64,000 nucleotides of DNA from a virus: IMG/VR virus record IMGVR_UViG_3300007987_000009, one strand, 5' to 3'. Each line of letters begins with the position of its first letter. The first letter of the stretch is position 1. The translations under genes were made by a program, and so were the position numbers. Of this stretch, positions 20,256 to 28,787 are shown in pieces. The notes under the pieces were generated by a model. It ran no database searches. It worked only from the letters and a program-made list of their open reading frames with translations, and was not told the DNA's origin.

Positions 20256-20320
20256 TTCAATGGAAGAACGGGTCCCTGTTAAGGACTTGGTTGGGGGTTC
20301 AAATCCCTCTGCACCCGCCA
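20246..20320 (+). tRNA. tRNA-Asn(GTT)
   Basis: Cloverleaf; loop CTGTTAA; CCA. Confidence 0.9.
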
Positions 20321-20330
20321 AAAACAATTA

Positions 20331-20405
20331 GGGTGAGTAGCTCAGTGGCAGAGCATTCCGCTGTTAACGGAACGGTCGTCGGTTCGAACCCGACCTCGCC
20401 CTCCA
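20331..20405 (+). tRNA. tRNA-Asn(GTT), second copy
   Basis: Cloverleaf; loop CTGTTAA; CCA. Confidence 0.9.
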
Positions 20406-20593
20406 ATTTAAAATGTAACTAATAGCCCGACGCATCCGAAAGTAACATCGGACACAGATTGAGTTCAATGCGGAGCAATTGGTTGAGAGGAAGGAAGAGC
20501 CTTATATGATTTAAACACGCTGGTCCTCGCATGATCGTCCCGATGATAAGAGCAAAGATCGTTAATATTGTCGCCAGTGTCTAAGAATTCAAT

Positions 20594-20631
20594 GCCGGAT
20601 GATCTACGTGTGAATCCACGTACCGGCTCCA
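20594..20631 (+). ncRNA. Minihelix-like CCA-ending element (acceptor + T-like arm)
   Basis: GCCGG..TACGTG-TGAATC-CACGTA-CCGGC-T-CCA. Confidence 0.45.
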
Positions 20632-20635
20632 AATT

Positions 20636-20738
20636 GTTGCATTATTCTAATGTAAAGTGAAAACCGGTTAGTAGCTTTGCTTGGTAGGATGACAGCCAGA
20701 GGCTGTTGGCACAGGTTCGAACCCTGTATGCAACACCA
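20636..20738 (+). ncRNA. tRNA-like RNA with large D-arm insertion and 5-nt anticodon loop
   Basis: GTTGCAT/ATGCAAC acceptor; ACAGG-TTCGAAC-CCTGT T-arm; ACAGC-CAGAG-GCTGT; ACCA. Confidence 0.7.
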
Positions 20739-20748
20739 AATTAACAAT

Positions 20749-20825
20749 ACCGAGGTAGCTTAACTGTCTAGAGTCCCCGACTGTCACTCGGGTGGATGCG
20801 GGTTAGAATCCCGTTCTCGGTGCCA
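20749..20825 (+). tRNA. tRNA-Asp(GTC)
   Basis: Cloverleaf; loop CTGTCAC; CCA. Confidence 0.88.
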
Positions 20826-20833
20826 AATTCGAA

Positions 20834-20909
20834 TGGGGTGAAACGCAAAGGGTTGAGCTGACTGGCTTTGAACCAGTCGTAGAGAGTTCGATTCTCTCCA
20901 CCCCGGCCA
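20834..20909 (+). tRNA. tRNA-Gln(TTG)
   Basis: Cloverleaf; loop CTTTGAA; CCA. Confidence 0.88.
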
Positions 20910-20916
20910 CAACAAT

Positions 20917-20994
20917 GGAGCAGTAGTTTAATTTTGGTAAAATGCCTCCCTGTCACGGAGGATGATGCGGGATCATACCCCGTCTGTTCCGCCA
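20917..20994 (+). tRNA. tRNA-Asp(GTC), second copy
   Basis: Cloverleaf; atypical T-loop ATCATAC; CCA. Confidence 0.85.
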
Positions 20995-21003
20995 AATTTC
21001 AAT

Positions 21004-21081
21004 GCCCATCTAGCTAAACTGGATACAGCATTCGGCCACGAACCGAAAGAATTGGGAGTTCGAATCTCTCGGTGGGCACCA
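21004..21081 (+). tRNA. tRNA-Arg(ACG)
   Basis: Cloverleaf; loop CCACGAA; CCA. Confidence 0.88.
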
Positions 21082-21087
21082 AACAAT

Positions 21088-21169
21088 GTGGGGGTTGATC
21101 CTGTGTGATTGTTAGATGGATTTCTAGACCTGAAGGCGAACGACGGTGAGATTCCGTGTCCCTACACCA
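21088..21169 (+). ncRNA. Degenerate tRNA-like RNA (anticodon not assignable)
   Basis: Acceptor-like ends; ACGG-TGAGATT-CCGT T-arm; ACCA. Confidence 0.5.
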
Positions 21170-21186
21170 ACATCAATTATAACATT

Positions 21187-21265
21187 GGGGGCGCATGTTC
21201 CAAGGGATGGCGAGGTTGCCTTGCAAGCTACCTGTGGTCGGTTCGATTCCTGACCGTCTCCACCA
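21187..21265 (+). tRNA. tRNA-Ala(TGC), atypical D-arm
   Basis: G3:U70, A73; loop CTTGCAA; CCA. Confidence 0.7.
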
Positions 21266-21344
21266 ATTTTTTACTTGACATGACTGTCATTTCAGTGTAT
21301 GATCTTAGTATCGATACATGGAGAAGAAAGTTTTTAAACAATTC

Positions 21345-21420
21345 GGGTCGTTGGCAGAATGGTTATGCACCGGACTCTTAATCCGTCATAATGGGGGTTC
21401 GATTCCTCCACGACCCACCA
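21345..21420 (+). tRNA. tRNA-Lys(CTT)
   Basis: Cloverleaf; loop CTCTTAA; CCA. Confidence 0.9.
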
Positions 21421-21655
21421 AATTACCTTTATGAAAAACAATCACAAACATCGAAAAAAATCTATGAAGAATCGGAATGGTAGAACTCATTACGAAAAAG
21501 GACATGGTATCTATACGATGGAAGGAAAAAATCCTTTGAAGATTCGACTTAAAGCTAAAAATAAATGTAAGAATAAGAATAGGAATAGGGGCGGTATAAA
21601 GGTAACACTTGCCGATATATGGCCAAAAAATACCGAGGACACGTTAGTGGATTAA

Positions 21656-21737
21656 CTATTGTAGATAAGGTCTGGTACTGCAACTAGCCTCTGATGCAAG
21701 CTAGATAACAGAGAACGGATTAACTTTACTACAGTAG
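21656..21737 (+). ncRNA. Putative pseudoknotted small RNA
   Basis: CTATTGTAG/CTACAGTAG closing stem; CTAGC/GCTAG stem whose loop CTCTG pairs with downstream CAGAG. Confidence 0.5.
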
Positions 21738-21976
21738 CCCACTGACTCCTCACAAATTAAATAATTTTGACTTGGCTAGTGAAGGAAAGTATACTTAATC
21801 GGGCCGACGAGCCTTTACTCCTCCCGAAGAGCGGTATCGTAAAGATATATGGACCGCCTATGTGTAGTGTCAAATATAATATAAATGAAATGCTGGTTAG
21901 CCGAGTTTCTGTTTGATACGGCGATAGGTTAAGCTCGGTCTCGTCATAGAGAGATGCGCCGTTTCCAGATTTCAAT

Positions 21977-22052
21977 ACCCCCGTAGCTCAATGGGAAGAG
22001 CATGGTCCTTCTAAGGCCGTGGTTGCGGGTTCGAGTCCTGCCGGGGGCACCA
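21977..22052 (+). tRNA. tRNA-Arg(TCT)
   Basis: Cloverleaf; loop CTTCTAA; CCA. Confidence 0.9.
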
Positions 22053-22060
22053 ATTTAAAT

Positions 22061-22162
22061 GGAGAGGTTATCCGAAAGATTCGGGGTAGCGGAGGCGATC
22101 TTGAAAATCGTTTGTTAGTGTAAAAAGCTGGCGTGTGGGTTCGAATCCCACCCTCTCCGCCA
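22061..22162 (+). tRNA. tRNA-Ser(TGA), enlarged D region
   Basis: Loop CTTGAAA; long V-arm; GCCA. Confidence 0.85.
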
Positions 22163-22172
22163 ATTTTACAAA

Positions 22173-22244
22173 GGGGCTGCTGTATGGGACAGGCTTGTGA
22201 TTTGCAATCACGATGGCGGGGATCGTTACCCCGTAGCTCCACCA
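22173..22244 (+). tRNA. tRNA-Ala(TGC), third and short copy
   Basis: G3:U70; loop TTTGCAA; T-loop ATCGTTA; CCA. Confidence 0.75.
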
Positions 22245-22325
22245 AATTCAATGCTAATATGAACACATCAAACTTATACAGAGAGTTCGCAAATGTATAA
22301 ATAGAAACACATTAAGAAAGTTCTT

Positions 22326-23147
22326 ATGGAATATAGTAGGCATTATGAAACTCTTTGTGAACGAGCAAAGAATAGAAATTTAGAAGAATATACTGAAAAG
22401 CACCACATCATTCCTAGATGTATGGGAGGGACAGATGGTGGAGAAAATTTAGTTGACTTAACTCCGGAAGAACATTATGTGGCACATCAGCTTTTGGTTA
22501 AGATGCATCCGGATAATGGAAGTTTGATATATGCGGCTAATATGATGTCTGTGGATTCAAGTTGTACTAGTAGAAACAATAAGAGGTATGGTTGGCTTAA
22601 GAAAAAATACCAACAAGTGGCAAAAGCTCGCATAGGCCCCAAGAACGGCTCATACGGCAGAAGCTGGTATTATCACCCTGATACTAAACAAAATGGAAAG
22701 TTTTTGAAAGATCAACAGCCGAATGGCTGGATAAAGGGGAGAATTCTTCCCGAAAGCAAAAAAAGAAGATGGTTCTACAATCCGAAATCGTTGGAAGTAG
22801 TATATGTGTTAGAAAAAGATAAACCGGACGGATGGGAAAGAGGAAAAAATCCCAAAAAGCTCAAGAAAAAGCCTCAACCCGAGCCGAAGTTGATTAAAAA
22901 ATGTAAAAACTGTGGTAAAGACTTTGAACCAAAGAAGAAACAAGTAAAATACTGCATTGAATGCGGATACAAGACACATTCTAGAAAAAATCGAAAAAGA
23001 TTCAAAGAAAAAGAAATAGAGTTTTTGAATCTTATCAAATCGGGTGATAGCTTCTCTAACATCTTAAAAAAGCTGGGATATAAATCATATAACCTCCAGA
23101 ACGGGGTGGGAAAGTGGGCTAAAGAATTACTAGAAAGAAAAATATAG
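22326..23147 (+). CDS. HNH homing endonuclease (paralogue of 16283..16996)
   Basis: EKHHIIPRCMGG..NLVDLTPEEHYVAH; TATAAATA upstream. Confidence 0.88.
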   Translation: MEYSRHYETLCERAKNRNLEEYTEKHHIIPRCMGGTDGGENLVDLTPEEHYVAHQLLVKMHPDNGSLIYAANMMSVDSSCTSRNNKRYGWLKKKYQQVAKARIGPKNGSYGRSWYYHPDTKQNGKFLKDQQPNGWIKGRILPESKKRRWFYNPKSLEVVYVLEKDKPDGWERGKNPKKLKKKPQPEPKLIKKCKNCGKDFEPKKKQVKYCIECGYKTHSRKNRKRFKEKEIEFLNLIKSGDSFSNILKKLGYKSYNLQNGVGKWAKELLERKI

Positions 23148-23235
23148 GAAGGTAAACCAGACATGGGTTTGGAGCGACCTGCTAAGTCGATTGTCCCCCA
23201 ATGGGGATGTGGTTCGAGTCCACTGCCTTCCACCA
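23147..23235 (+). tRNA. tRNA-Ser(GCT)
   Basis: Loop CTGCTAA; V-arm; CCA. Confidence 0.85.
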
Positions 23236-23248
23236 AATTATGATATAT

Positions 23249-23338
23249 GGAATGACGGAAACTGGCGTATCAAGCATCTTGGAAAGGTGTCCCTCGGCGT
23301 GAGTCGGGGTGTGGGTTCGACTCCCACTCATTCCGCCA
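23249..23338 (+). tRNA. tRNA-Ser(GGA)
   Basis: Loop TTGGAAA; V-arm; GCCA. Confidence 0.85.
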
Positions 23339-23344
23339 AACAAC

Positions 23345-23420
23345 AGGTGTCTAGCTCAATTGGTAGAGCAGCGGTCTCCAAAACCGCAGGTTGTGGGTTC
23401 GAGGCCCTCGGCACCTGCCA
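23345..23420 (+). tRNA. tRNA-Trp(CCA)
   Basis: Cloverleaf; loop CTCCAAA; CCA. Confidence 0.92.
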
Positions 23421-23484
23421 AAATTCTATTGACAGTATGATGTATACGTGTTATTATACAATAAACAAAATATTGGGATACATT

Positions 23485-23781
23485 ATGCCGTTCTCTGTAG
23501 TTAAATCGGACAATTCCGTCGAAGATATCGTATACCGACAGATAAAAATCTCTGGTTCAAAAATTTATGAGGTATATTTAGGAGAAGATCTTCTTGGCCA
23601 ATTACACCACCAACGCAACTCATGGACAGCCATAATCATGTATGATGGTTTTGATTCTAATACCGCACTAAGAATGGTTGAAGGATTTTCCACCAGATAC
23701 GATGGTGTGGCATATATGCTGTATGCCTTGGGGTTTTGGAGGCGTTATTCGATACACACACAGGACCCGTGCGTCCCATAA
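23485..23781 (+). CDS. Hypothetical protein
   Basis: ORF after TTGACA promoter. Confidence 0.5.
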   Translation: MPFSVVKSDNSVEDIVYRQIKISGSKIYEVYLGEDLLGQLHHQRNSWTAIIMYDGFDSNTALRMVEGFSTRYDGVAYMLYALGFWRRYSIHTQDPCVP

Positions 23782-23819
23782 TTACGTGTCAACGCGTTCT
23801 TGTGTATTAAATTTTTTAT

Positions 23820-24019
23820 CAAGAAAGCAAAGAAGACCCCTTCCTTCAGGGAGGGGACAAATTCTAAAAAAATATCTGCCTCAAAAGTGGTAGAAAAAAG
23901 AACCGTAGGACATACGGGAATAGCTTGCGGAGTCCGACATAAATCTAAAGTTCTTGTAGAGAACAATGTAGTGGACTGTGAAACAAGAATCCTCTTCCTT
24001 TAGGGAGAGGAGAAGTCAA
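23820..24019 (+). mobile_element. Non-autonomous IS200/IS605-family element, copy 2 (internally shorter)
   Basis: Near-identical ends to 19519-19802; TTAT|CAAG...GTCAA. Confidence 0.75.
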
Positions 24020-24095
24020 GGGTCTGTAGTTTAATTGGCAAAACAGCGGACTTTTAATCCGCACGTTCTCGGATCGTACCCGAGTGGACCCACCA
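24020..24095 (+). tRNA. tRNA-Lys(TTT)
   Basis: Loop CTTTTAA; T-loop ATCGTAC; CCA. Confidence 0.88.
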
Positions 24096-24116
24096 ATTTT
24101 TACAAAGGAAGTTGTT

Positions 24117-24392
24117 ATGAAATCATTAGAAGATCGATGTGCCGAAGCCATCCGTTTAGAAATTTTAAAAGAGTTTGAGGGAAAGCGATTTTCCAGAACT
24201 AATCAAGGGAATTTTTATTTGAATGAACATAGCGGGGGGTGCAGAGTAAAAGACGCTGAAGTTAGAATAGTTGAAGAGAGTCCATATGACTCTGATCACT
24301 GGTGTGATGTCACCACATTCAAAACCACACTGATATTGGAAAGTCTTAAAGGTAATAAGACGTATCGCTGCGAATATGATATTTTTTGTTGA
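24117..24392 (+). CDS. Hypothetical protein
   Basis: ORF with AAGGA RBS. Confidence 0.5.
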   Translation: MKSLEDRCAEAIRLEILKEFEGKRFSRTNQGNFYLNEHSGGCRVKDAEVRIVEESPYDSDHWCDVTTFKTTLILESLKGNKTYRCEYDIFC

Positions 24393-24841
24393 TAGAAAAA
24401 CCGTCTAAGATAATTAAATTTTGGAGAGAGTAATGAAGAAAACGGTTGTTGGTAGAAAGGTAGAATTGGATTGTGAATGTTACTTGGACGAGGCGACAGA
24501 TTCTTTCTGGGGCTACGTAGACCATTGGCTTGAACAAAACAATATGACTAGATCGGATATTATAGGCACCCCGTATTTGTCGCTAGACACTATGAACTCC
24601 AAATATGAGAAGAGTACAGAATATCCCCGTCTCAATGCAGAGTTTCAAACTCTCGAAACGGATAAAGAGTTCAATACCAGAGTTGCGTCGGTAAAAATAA
24701 AAAAGTAATGCGAGCAAGTCGGTTGAAAGAATCGCGAGAGTCATACTTGGTTAAGAAAATGTACGACGAAATTTACTCTTACAATGAAGAAAAATATCGC
24801 GAGCTGCTTCAAAAGGAAGAAGCTACAGTATAAAAAACAAT

Positions 24842-24917
24842 ATCCCCATAGCTCAGCGGTCAGAGTTTCCGGTTTCGACCCGGAAGGTCGGGAGTTCGAA
24901 TCTCTCTGGGGACGCCA
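24842..24917 (+). tRNA. tRNA-Arg(TCG)
   Basis: Cloverleaf; loop TTTCGAC; GCCA. Confidence 0.88.
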
Positions 24918-25248
24918 AATAGTGTTCCAAAGTGTCTGTGAGCAGGGTCGCAGCGTGTAATTGACCGTACCATACGATAAGGGGTAGCCGGGGCGGAACT
25001 GGCAATATTTACTTGACGCACGTTACCATATTGTGTATAATTTGATATCTAATACGAAGGAACAACTATGAAATTCAAAGAACTTGATGAGCCTATTGTC
25101 AGTAGCGATTTGTATTACGATTTGATGCAAGGCTATATCGATCCGGAAAAGTTACTGGAAAATCCGGAAATGGTCACTGCTGTAAAAGAGGCCATATACC
25201 TGCTAGGCCAGTTTTTGGATTTGGCAGAAGCAGAGGGCGTATTGGAGG

Positions 25249-25572
25249 TTGCTTGATATGTCGCAACATACCCCCGATGGATGGGCAATCCTAGAGCAAG
25301 AACAACCAGACAAACGCAAAGAGTATTTTGTTTTTGGTAGCTGGAGCGGTAGTTATCTGTACGGAGATTCTTGGAGAGCCAACAGTGGCATCAAGAATGT
25401 CGAAGAAACTGATGATTCATACCTGTTTCATGGTTACAGTGGTAGTGTATACCGTTGTTCCAAGCATTCGGAGGGTCGCATCAGCGCTTATAACGTTGGG
25501 GTCATGACAGACCTTGCAGAGCGCAGTAACGCCAAAGTCGTAAAATACGATGATGTGAAGGAAAACTTTTGA
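25249..25572 (+). CDS. Conserved phage hypothetical protein
   Basis: PDGW..VFGSWSGSYLYGDSWRANSGI..FHGYSGSVYRC, a pattern common in large phages. Confidence 0.65.
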   Translation: MLDMSQHTPDGWAILEQEQPDKRKEYFVFGSWSGSYLYGDSWRANSGIKNVEETDDSYLFHGYSGSVYRCSKHSEGRISAYNVGVMTDLAERSNAKVVKYDDVKENF

Positions 25573-26138
25573 ACATTTTTGTTCTTTCAGAATGCCCAAT
25601 TGAAGCAGCACAATTCCAATGTAATGCTCATGTTGTCAAGATGATTCTGGAATCTGCTCAGATGCTTTCTACTGCGCATCGTATTCTTGATGGAGAGCTT
25701 TCTATCATTGAGAAGAACGGCAGAAAATGCAAGGTCTATACATTGAACGATGAACGTGATGGGCAGATGTACAAAGCCACCCACATCAATCATCCATGTT
25801 CGATATGGTGTCGAGAGTCAACCTCAAATTATGATTGGTTGTACAATCATTTCTTGATGCTTTGTGAAGAGTACCAATATCGCTACAACAAGATTCACAA
25901 GACTGATTCGTTGTTGGGAGAGATTCTAGCAACTCATCCAGATAATCTTCCTGAGCATGGGATGACACGATTTGCTTTAGCAATGCCAGATGAGTTTAAA
26001 ATGGATAATGTGGTAGAATCTTATCGTCTTTATTACTCTTCAAAAATTAAAGATTTCAAGATGGTTTGGAAGAACTCTGGCCCACCGGAATGGTTCAGGA
26101 TGTTGACGCTCTTAGATCAAGATTATAATATAACCTAA
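25569..26138 (+). CDS. Pyrimidine-dimer DNA glycosylase (DenV-like) family protein
   Basis: NIFVL..HVVKMILESAQMLSTAH, THINHPCSIW, EYQYRYNKIH. Confidence 0.75.
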   Translation: MNIFVLSECPIEAAQFQCNAHVVKMILESAQMLSTAHRILDGELSIIEKNGRKCKVYTLNDERDGQMYKATHINHPCSIWCRESTSNYDWLYNHFLMLCEEYQYRYNKIHKTDSLLGEILATHPDNLPEHGMTRFALAMPDEFKMDNVVESYRLYYSSKIKDFKMVWKNSGPPEWFRMLTLLDQDYNIT

Positions 26139-26151
26139 AAAGGACACAAAA

Positions 26152-26511
26152 ATGAAAATGTACTGTATATTCTCACGGGAATCCTTGAAAGCCATGAAAG
26201 GAATACGAGGAAAGATGGCTTCACAAGCTGGACACGCTTTTCTACATGCCTTTTGGGACAGTGAAGAACGCTATTTGTATGATGCAATTGAATATGCAGA
26301 ATCAATGAACGCAGTTAAGATAACTTGTGTCGTTGACACTCAAGAAGAATTGAAGAGGTTGTATCACACGCACCTAAACGTCTGTGGGGTTACTCAAGTT
26401 GTTGATAGCGCTTTTACGGTATTGGATGCTCCGATGTTGACATGTGTAGGTATTGGACCGATAAGAGATGAAGAGGCTGAAGAACTCAAAAAGCTGGAAT
26501 TATTGACATGA
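26152..26511 (+). CDS. Peptidyl-tRNA hydrolase type 2 (Pth2-like)
   Basis: GKMASQAGHA, VKITC, VVDSAFT..TCVGIGP. Confidence 0.85.
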   Translation: MKMYCIFSRESLKAMKGIRGKMASQAGHAFLHAFWDSEERYLYDAIEYAESMNAVKITCVVDTQEELKRLYHTHLNVCGVTQVVDSAFTVLDAPMLTCVGIGPIRDEEAEELKKLELLT

Positions 26512-26579
26512 GAATTGCCGCTGTTGTGGCGCTAGGTGGAGTACCAAAAAAGAATGAACACTAAGTACTAGGAATCGAT

Positions 26580-26804
26580 ATGAGCTATTTAAGCACTGAA
26601 AAAGCAGAAATTTTTTCTATACCGGGAAACAAAGATGAACATTGGGTCCGATTTGTTTACCGGGACACGGAAAAAAATAGATGTACTATATTTTTTTCTG
26701 TGTCCAATAGGGATCAGGCCAACGTTTGGGTTGATGCCCTGAACGCAGGTCTAACAAGAAACAGCGAAAAAACTTTTACAACACAGGTGACGAACAATGA
26801 TTGA
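26580..26804 (+). CDS. Hypothetical protein
   Basis: ORF; N-terminus shared with 27779..28387. Confidence 0.5.
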   Translation: MSYLSTEKAEIFSIPGNKDEHWVRFVYRDTEKNRCTIFFSVSNRDQANVWVDALNAGLTRNSEKTFTTQVTNND

Positions 26805-27003
26805 CATAAAAGAAACAGTGAGAAGTGACGTACATTTCAGATACTTCCGTGATGGGGCCTTGTGGTATGAAACCTGTAATGGAGATTTGTTTCCGGTTCC
26901 GGTAGATGATGCGGGTTCTTCAACTTTCAACAGAGAGGAAAAAGGAATGTATCTGATGCGCTGGATGCGTAAATGGAACGAAAACCACAAAGAGGAAGAT
27001 TGA
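26797..27003 (+). CDS. Small conserved phage protein
   Basis: VHFRYFRDGALWY..FPVPVDDAG..F..EEKGMYLMRWMRK. Confidence 0.6.
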   Translation: MIDIKETVRSDVHFRYFRDGALWYETCNGDLFPVPVDDAGSSTFNREEKGMYLMRWMRKWNENHKEED

Positions 27004-27059
27004 ATGATATCTGTGAAAGAAGACCTTTTGATTTTTGGTTCATAGCTGGAGCTATTGAA

Positions 27060-27533
27060 ATGACAAACAAAAATACCATATTGTATTTTGATCTGGAAAA
27101 CACTCTCATTGAGCATTGGACTGATCAAAGACTTTGTTGGCAAAACAACAACAGGTCAATTTTTGACTACCATAATCACTCCAAAATTGGAATTTTTAGT
27201 TTTGCGTTGTGGTGTGATGAAAACATACAGACGTTTATCATCGACGGTATGATGGGCATGATTCAAGACGAATATGGGATTGAAATAGATGTGGATGAAA
27301 TCATTCACGTAAATGACATGATAGAAGCATACAACACAATCTCAGGCACAACAACCGAACATCCCGGAAGCAACAATAAAGTCATGTATTTCGAGGCTTG
27401 GTTGGACGTAAATTTGCCGCGCTTAGACGAATATGAGCATATTGCACTGGTAGATGACACCGCAGAAGAATGTATGATGTCATATGGACCTGAGAACAAA
27501 CATGTACACTACAGAAACCCGACAGTGATTTAG
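27060..27533 (+). CDS. HAD-superfamily-like protein
   Basis: YFDLENTLI and ALVDD motifs. Confidence 0.55.
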   Translation: MTNKNTILYFDLENTLIEHWTDQRLCWQNNNRSIFDYHNHSKIGIFSFALWCDENIQTFIIDGMMGMIQDEYGIEIDVDEIIHVNDMIEAYNTISGTTTEHPGSNNKVMYFEAWLDVNLPRLDEYEHIALVDDTAEECMMSYGPENKHVHYRNPTVI

Positions 27534-27778
27534 GATTTTATACAATGGAAAATAATAAAATAGCAAGAACTGCATTTTATGAAATCAGTAAGACTTTAAA
27601 CCTTTCTTACATTTACTCACCCGATGTTTGGCAAAATTTACCAAAACATTTGAAAGGAAGAGTTGGTGAGAATTGGGGAAAATGTTGATAATGTAGACAT
27701 TAAGGTGTATGATTGCTACTGTTGCGGTGCCAAATGGAGTACCATAGAAAGAATAAACACCAATCAAGAGAAATAGAT

Positions 27779-28387
27779 ATGGGATATTTAAAAACAGAAA
27801 AAGCAGAAATTTTTTCTAACTACGAAAAATTTAATGAGTTGTACGCAGCGCATTGGACTCTTAGAAAAATAAAAGACGAACTACATCCGCGTGTTGAAGA
27901 GGTTTTCTTTAGATATATCAAAGCTAGACGTTGGAGCTTGGAGCGCAAAGATGAGTATCCCGAAAATTTCAGAGAATGCTTGGGCCTCGAAGAATGGGGT
28001 TACTCACATCATCCATATGCAATAAAAGTTACTATAACTTGGAAAGCTAATAGCGGACTGGAAGTTACTAAATCTTTCTTTCTGCCTCCATCTCTTATCT
28101 ACGATGAAGAAGCTTTGAAATTCTTCGAAGAAGATGAAAAATGGAAATCTGAGAATAAGGACAACTTGGTTTATGATGAACCTGTTATGTTTTCATCGTC
28201 TGACGGATATGATGTCTACACCATTAAAGAATTTAAAGATTTGGTATTTAATGGAGTAATTGTTGATTCTGATGGAGTTGGTCATCCGGTCAAGAATAAA
28301 AAAGCATGTGGGGAGTGGGAAGTATATCCGTCGCGCATACATGAAATACCGATAGAAGCCACTCACATTGTGTGGTACAATAATTGA
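27779..28387 (+). CDS. Hypothetical protein
   Basis: Long ORF. Confidence 0.55.
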   Translation: MGYLKTEKAEIFSNYEKFNELYAAHWTLRKIKDELHPRVEEVFFRYIKARRWSLERKDEYPENFRECLGLEEWGYSHHPYAIKVTITWKANSGLEVTKSFFLPPSLIYDEEALKFFEEDEKWKSENKDNLVYDEPVMFSSSDGYDVYTIKEFKDLVFNGVIVDSDGVGHPVKNKKACGEWEVYPSRIHEIPIEATHIVWYNN

Positions 28388-28704
28388 GAGACTGTAAATT
28401 GGCGGTATTCTAATAGACTATGTATAGAACACCAGCTTGCTACAGACTAGGATACTATTAAAAAGTATACATTACTAGCATCGAGCCTAGACTTCGGTGT
28501 GGACATATTTTACAGACTTATGTATAATAATACAATTTTCTAGAAAAGTAGCACAGTCTCTTTTTTAAGTTGACAACATTCCATCAAGGATGTACGGTTG
28601 ATAAATAGAAAACAAAAGGTATAAACCAAAGATTGGATCGATCACTGGCTATCTTTGGGACGGTCTAAAAGTCGAAAAATTAAGTTTTAAAATTTAATTA
28701 CAAT

Positions 28705-28780
28705 GGAACCATAGCTCAGTCGGTAGAGCATTCGACCGATAATCGAAATGTCGCAGGTTCGAATCCTGCTGGTTCCACCA
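28705..28780 (+). tRNA. tRNA-Ile(GAT)
   Basis: Cloverleaf; loop CCGATAA; CCA. Confidence 0.92.
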
Positions 28781-28787
28781 AATTAAA

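Noticed and set aside
20420-20631. tmRNA
   Set aside because: The acceptor strand pairs locally, and there is no G3:U70 Ala end or convincing tag reading frame.
21773-21905. RNase P RNA
   Set aside because: GAAGGAAAGT only loosely resembles the conserved region; too short and lacks the matching 3' motif.
20768-23480. ORFs overlapping tRNA genes (20768..20995, 21109..21381, 21988..22266, 5' part of 23191..23781)
   Set aside because: Shadow ORFs of tRNA sequences.
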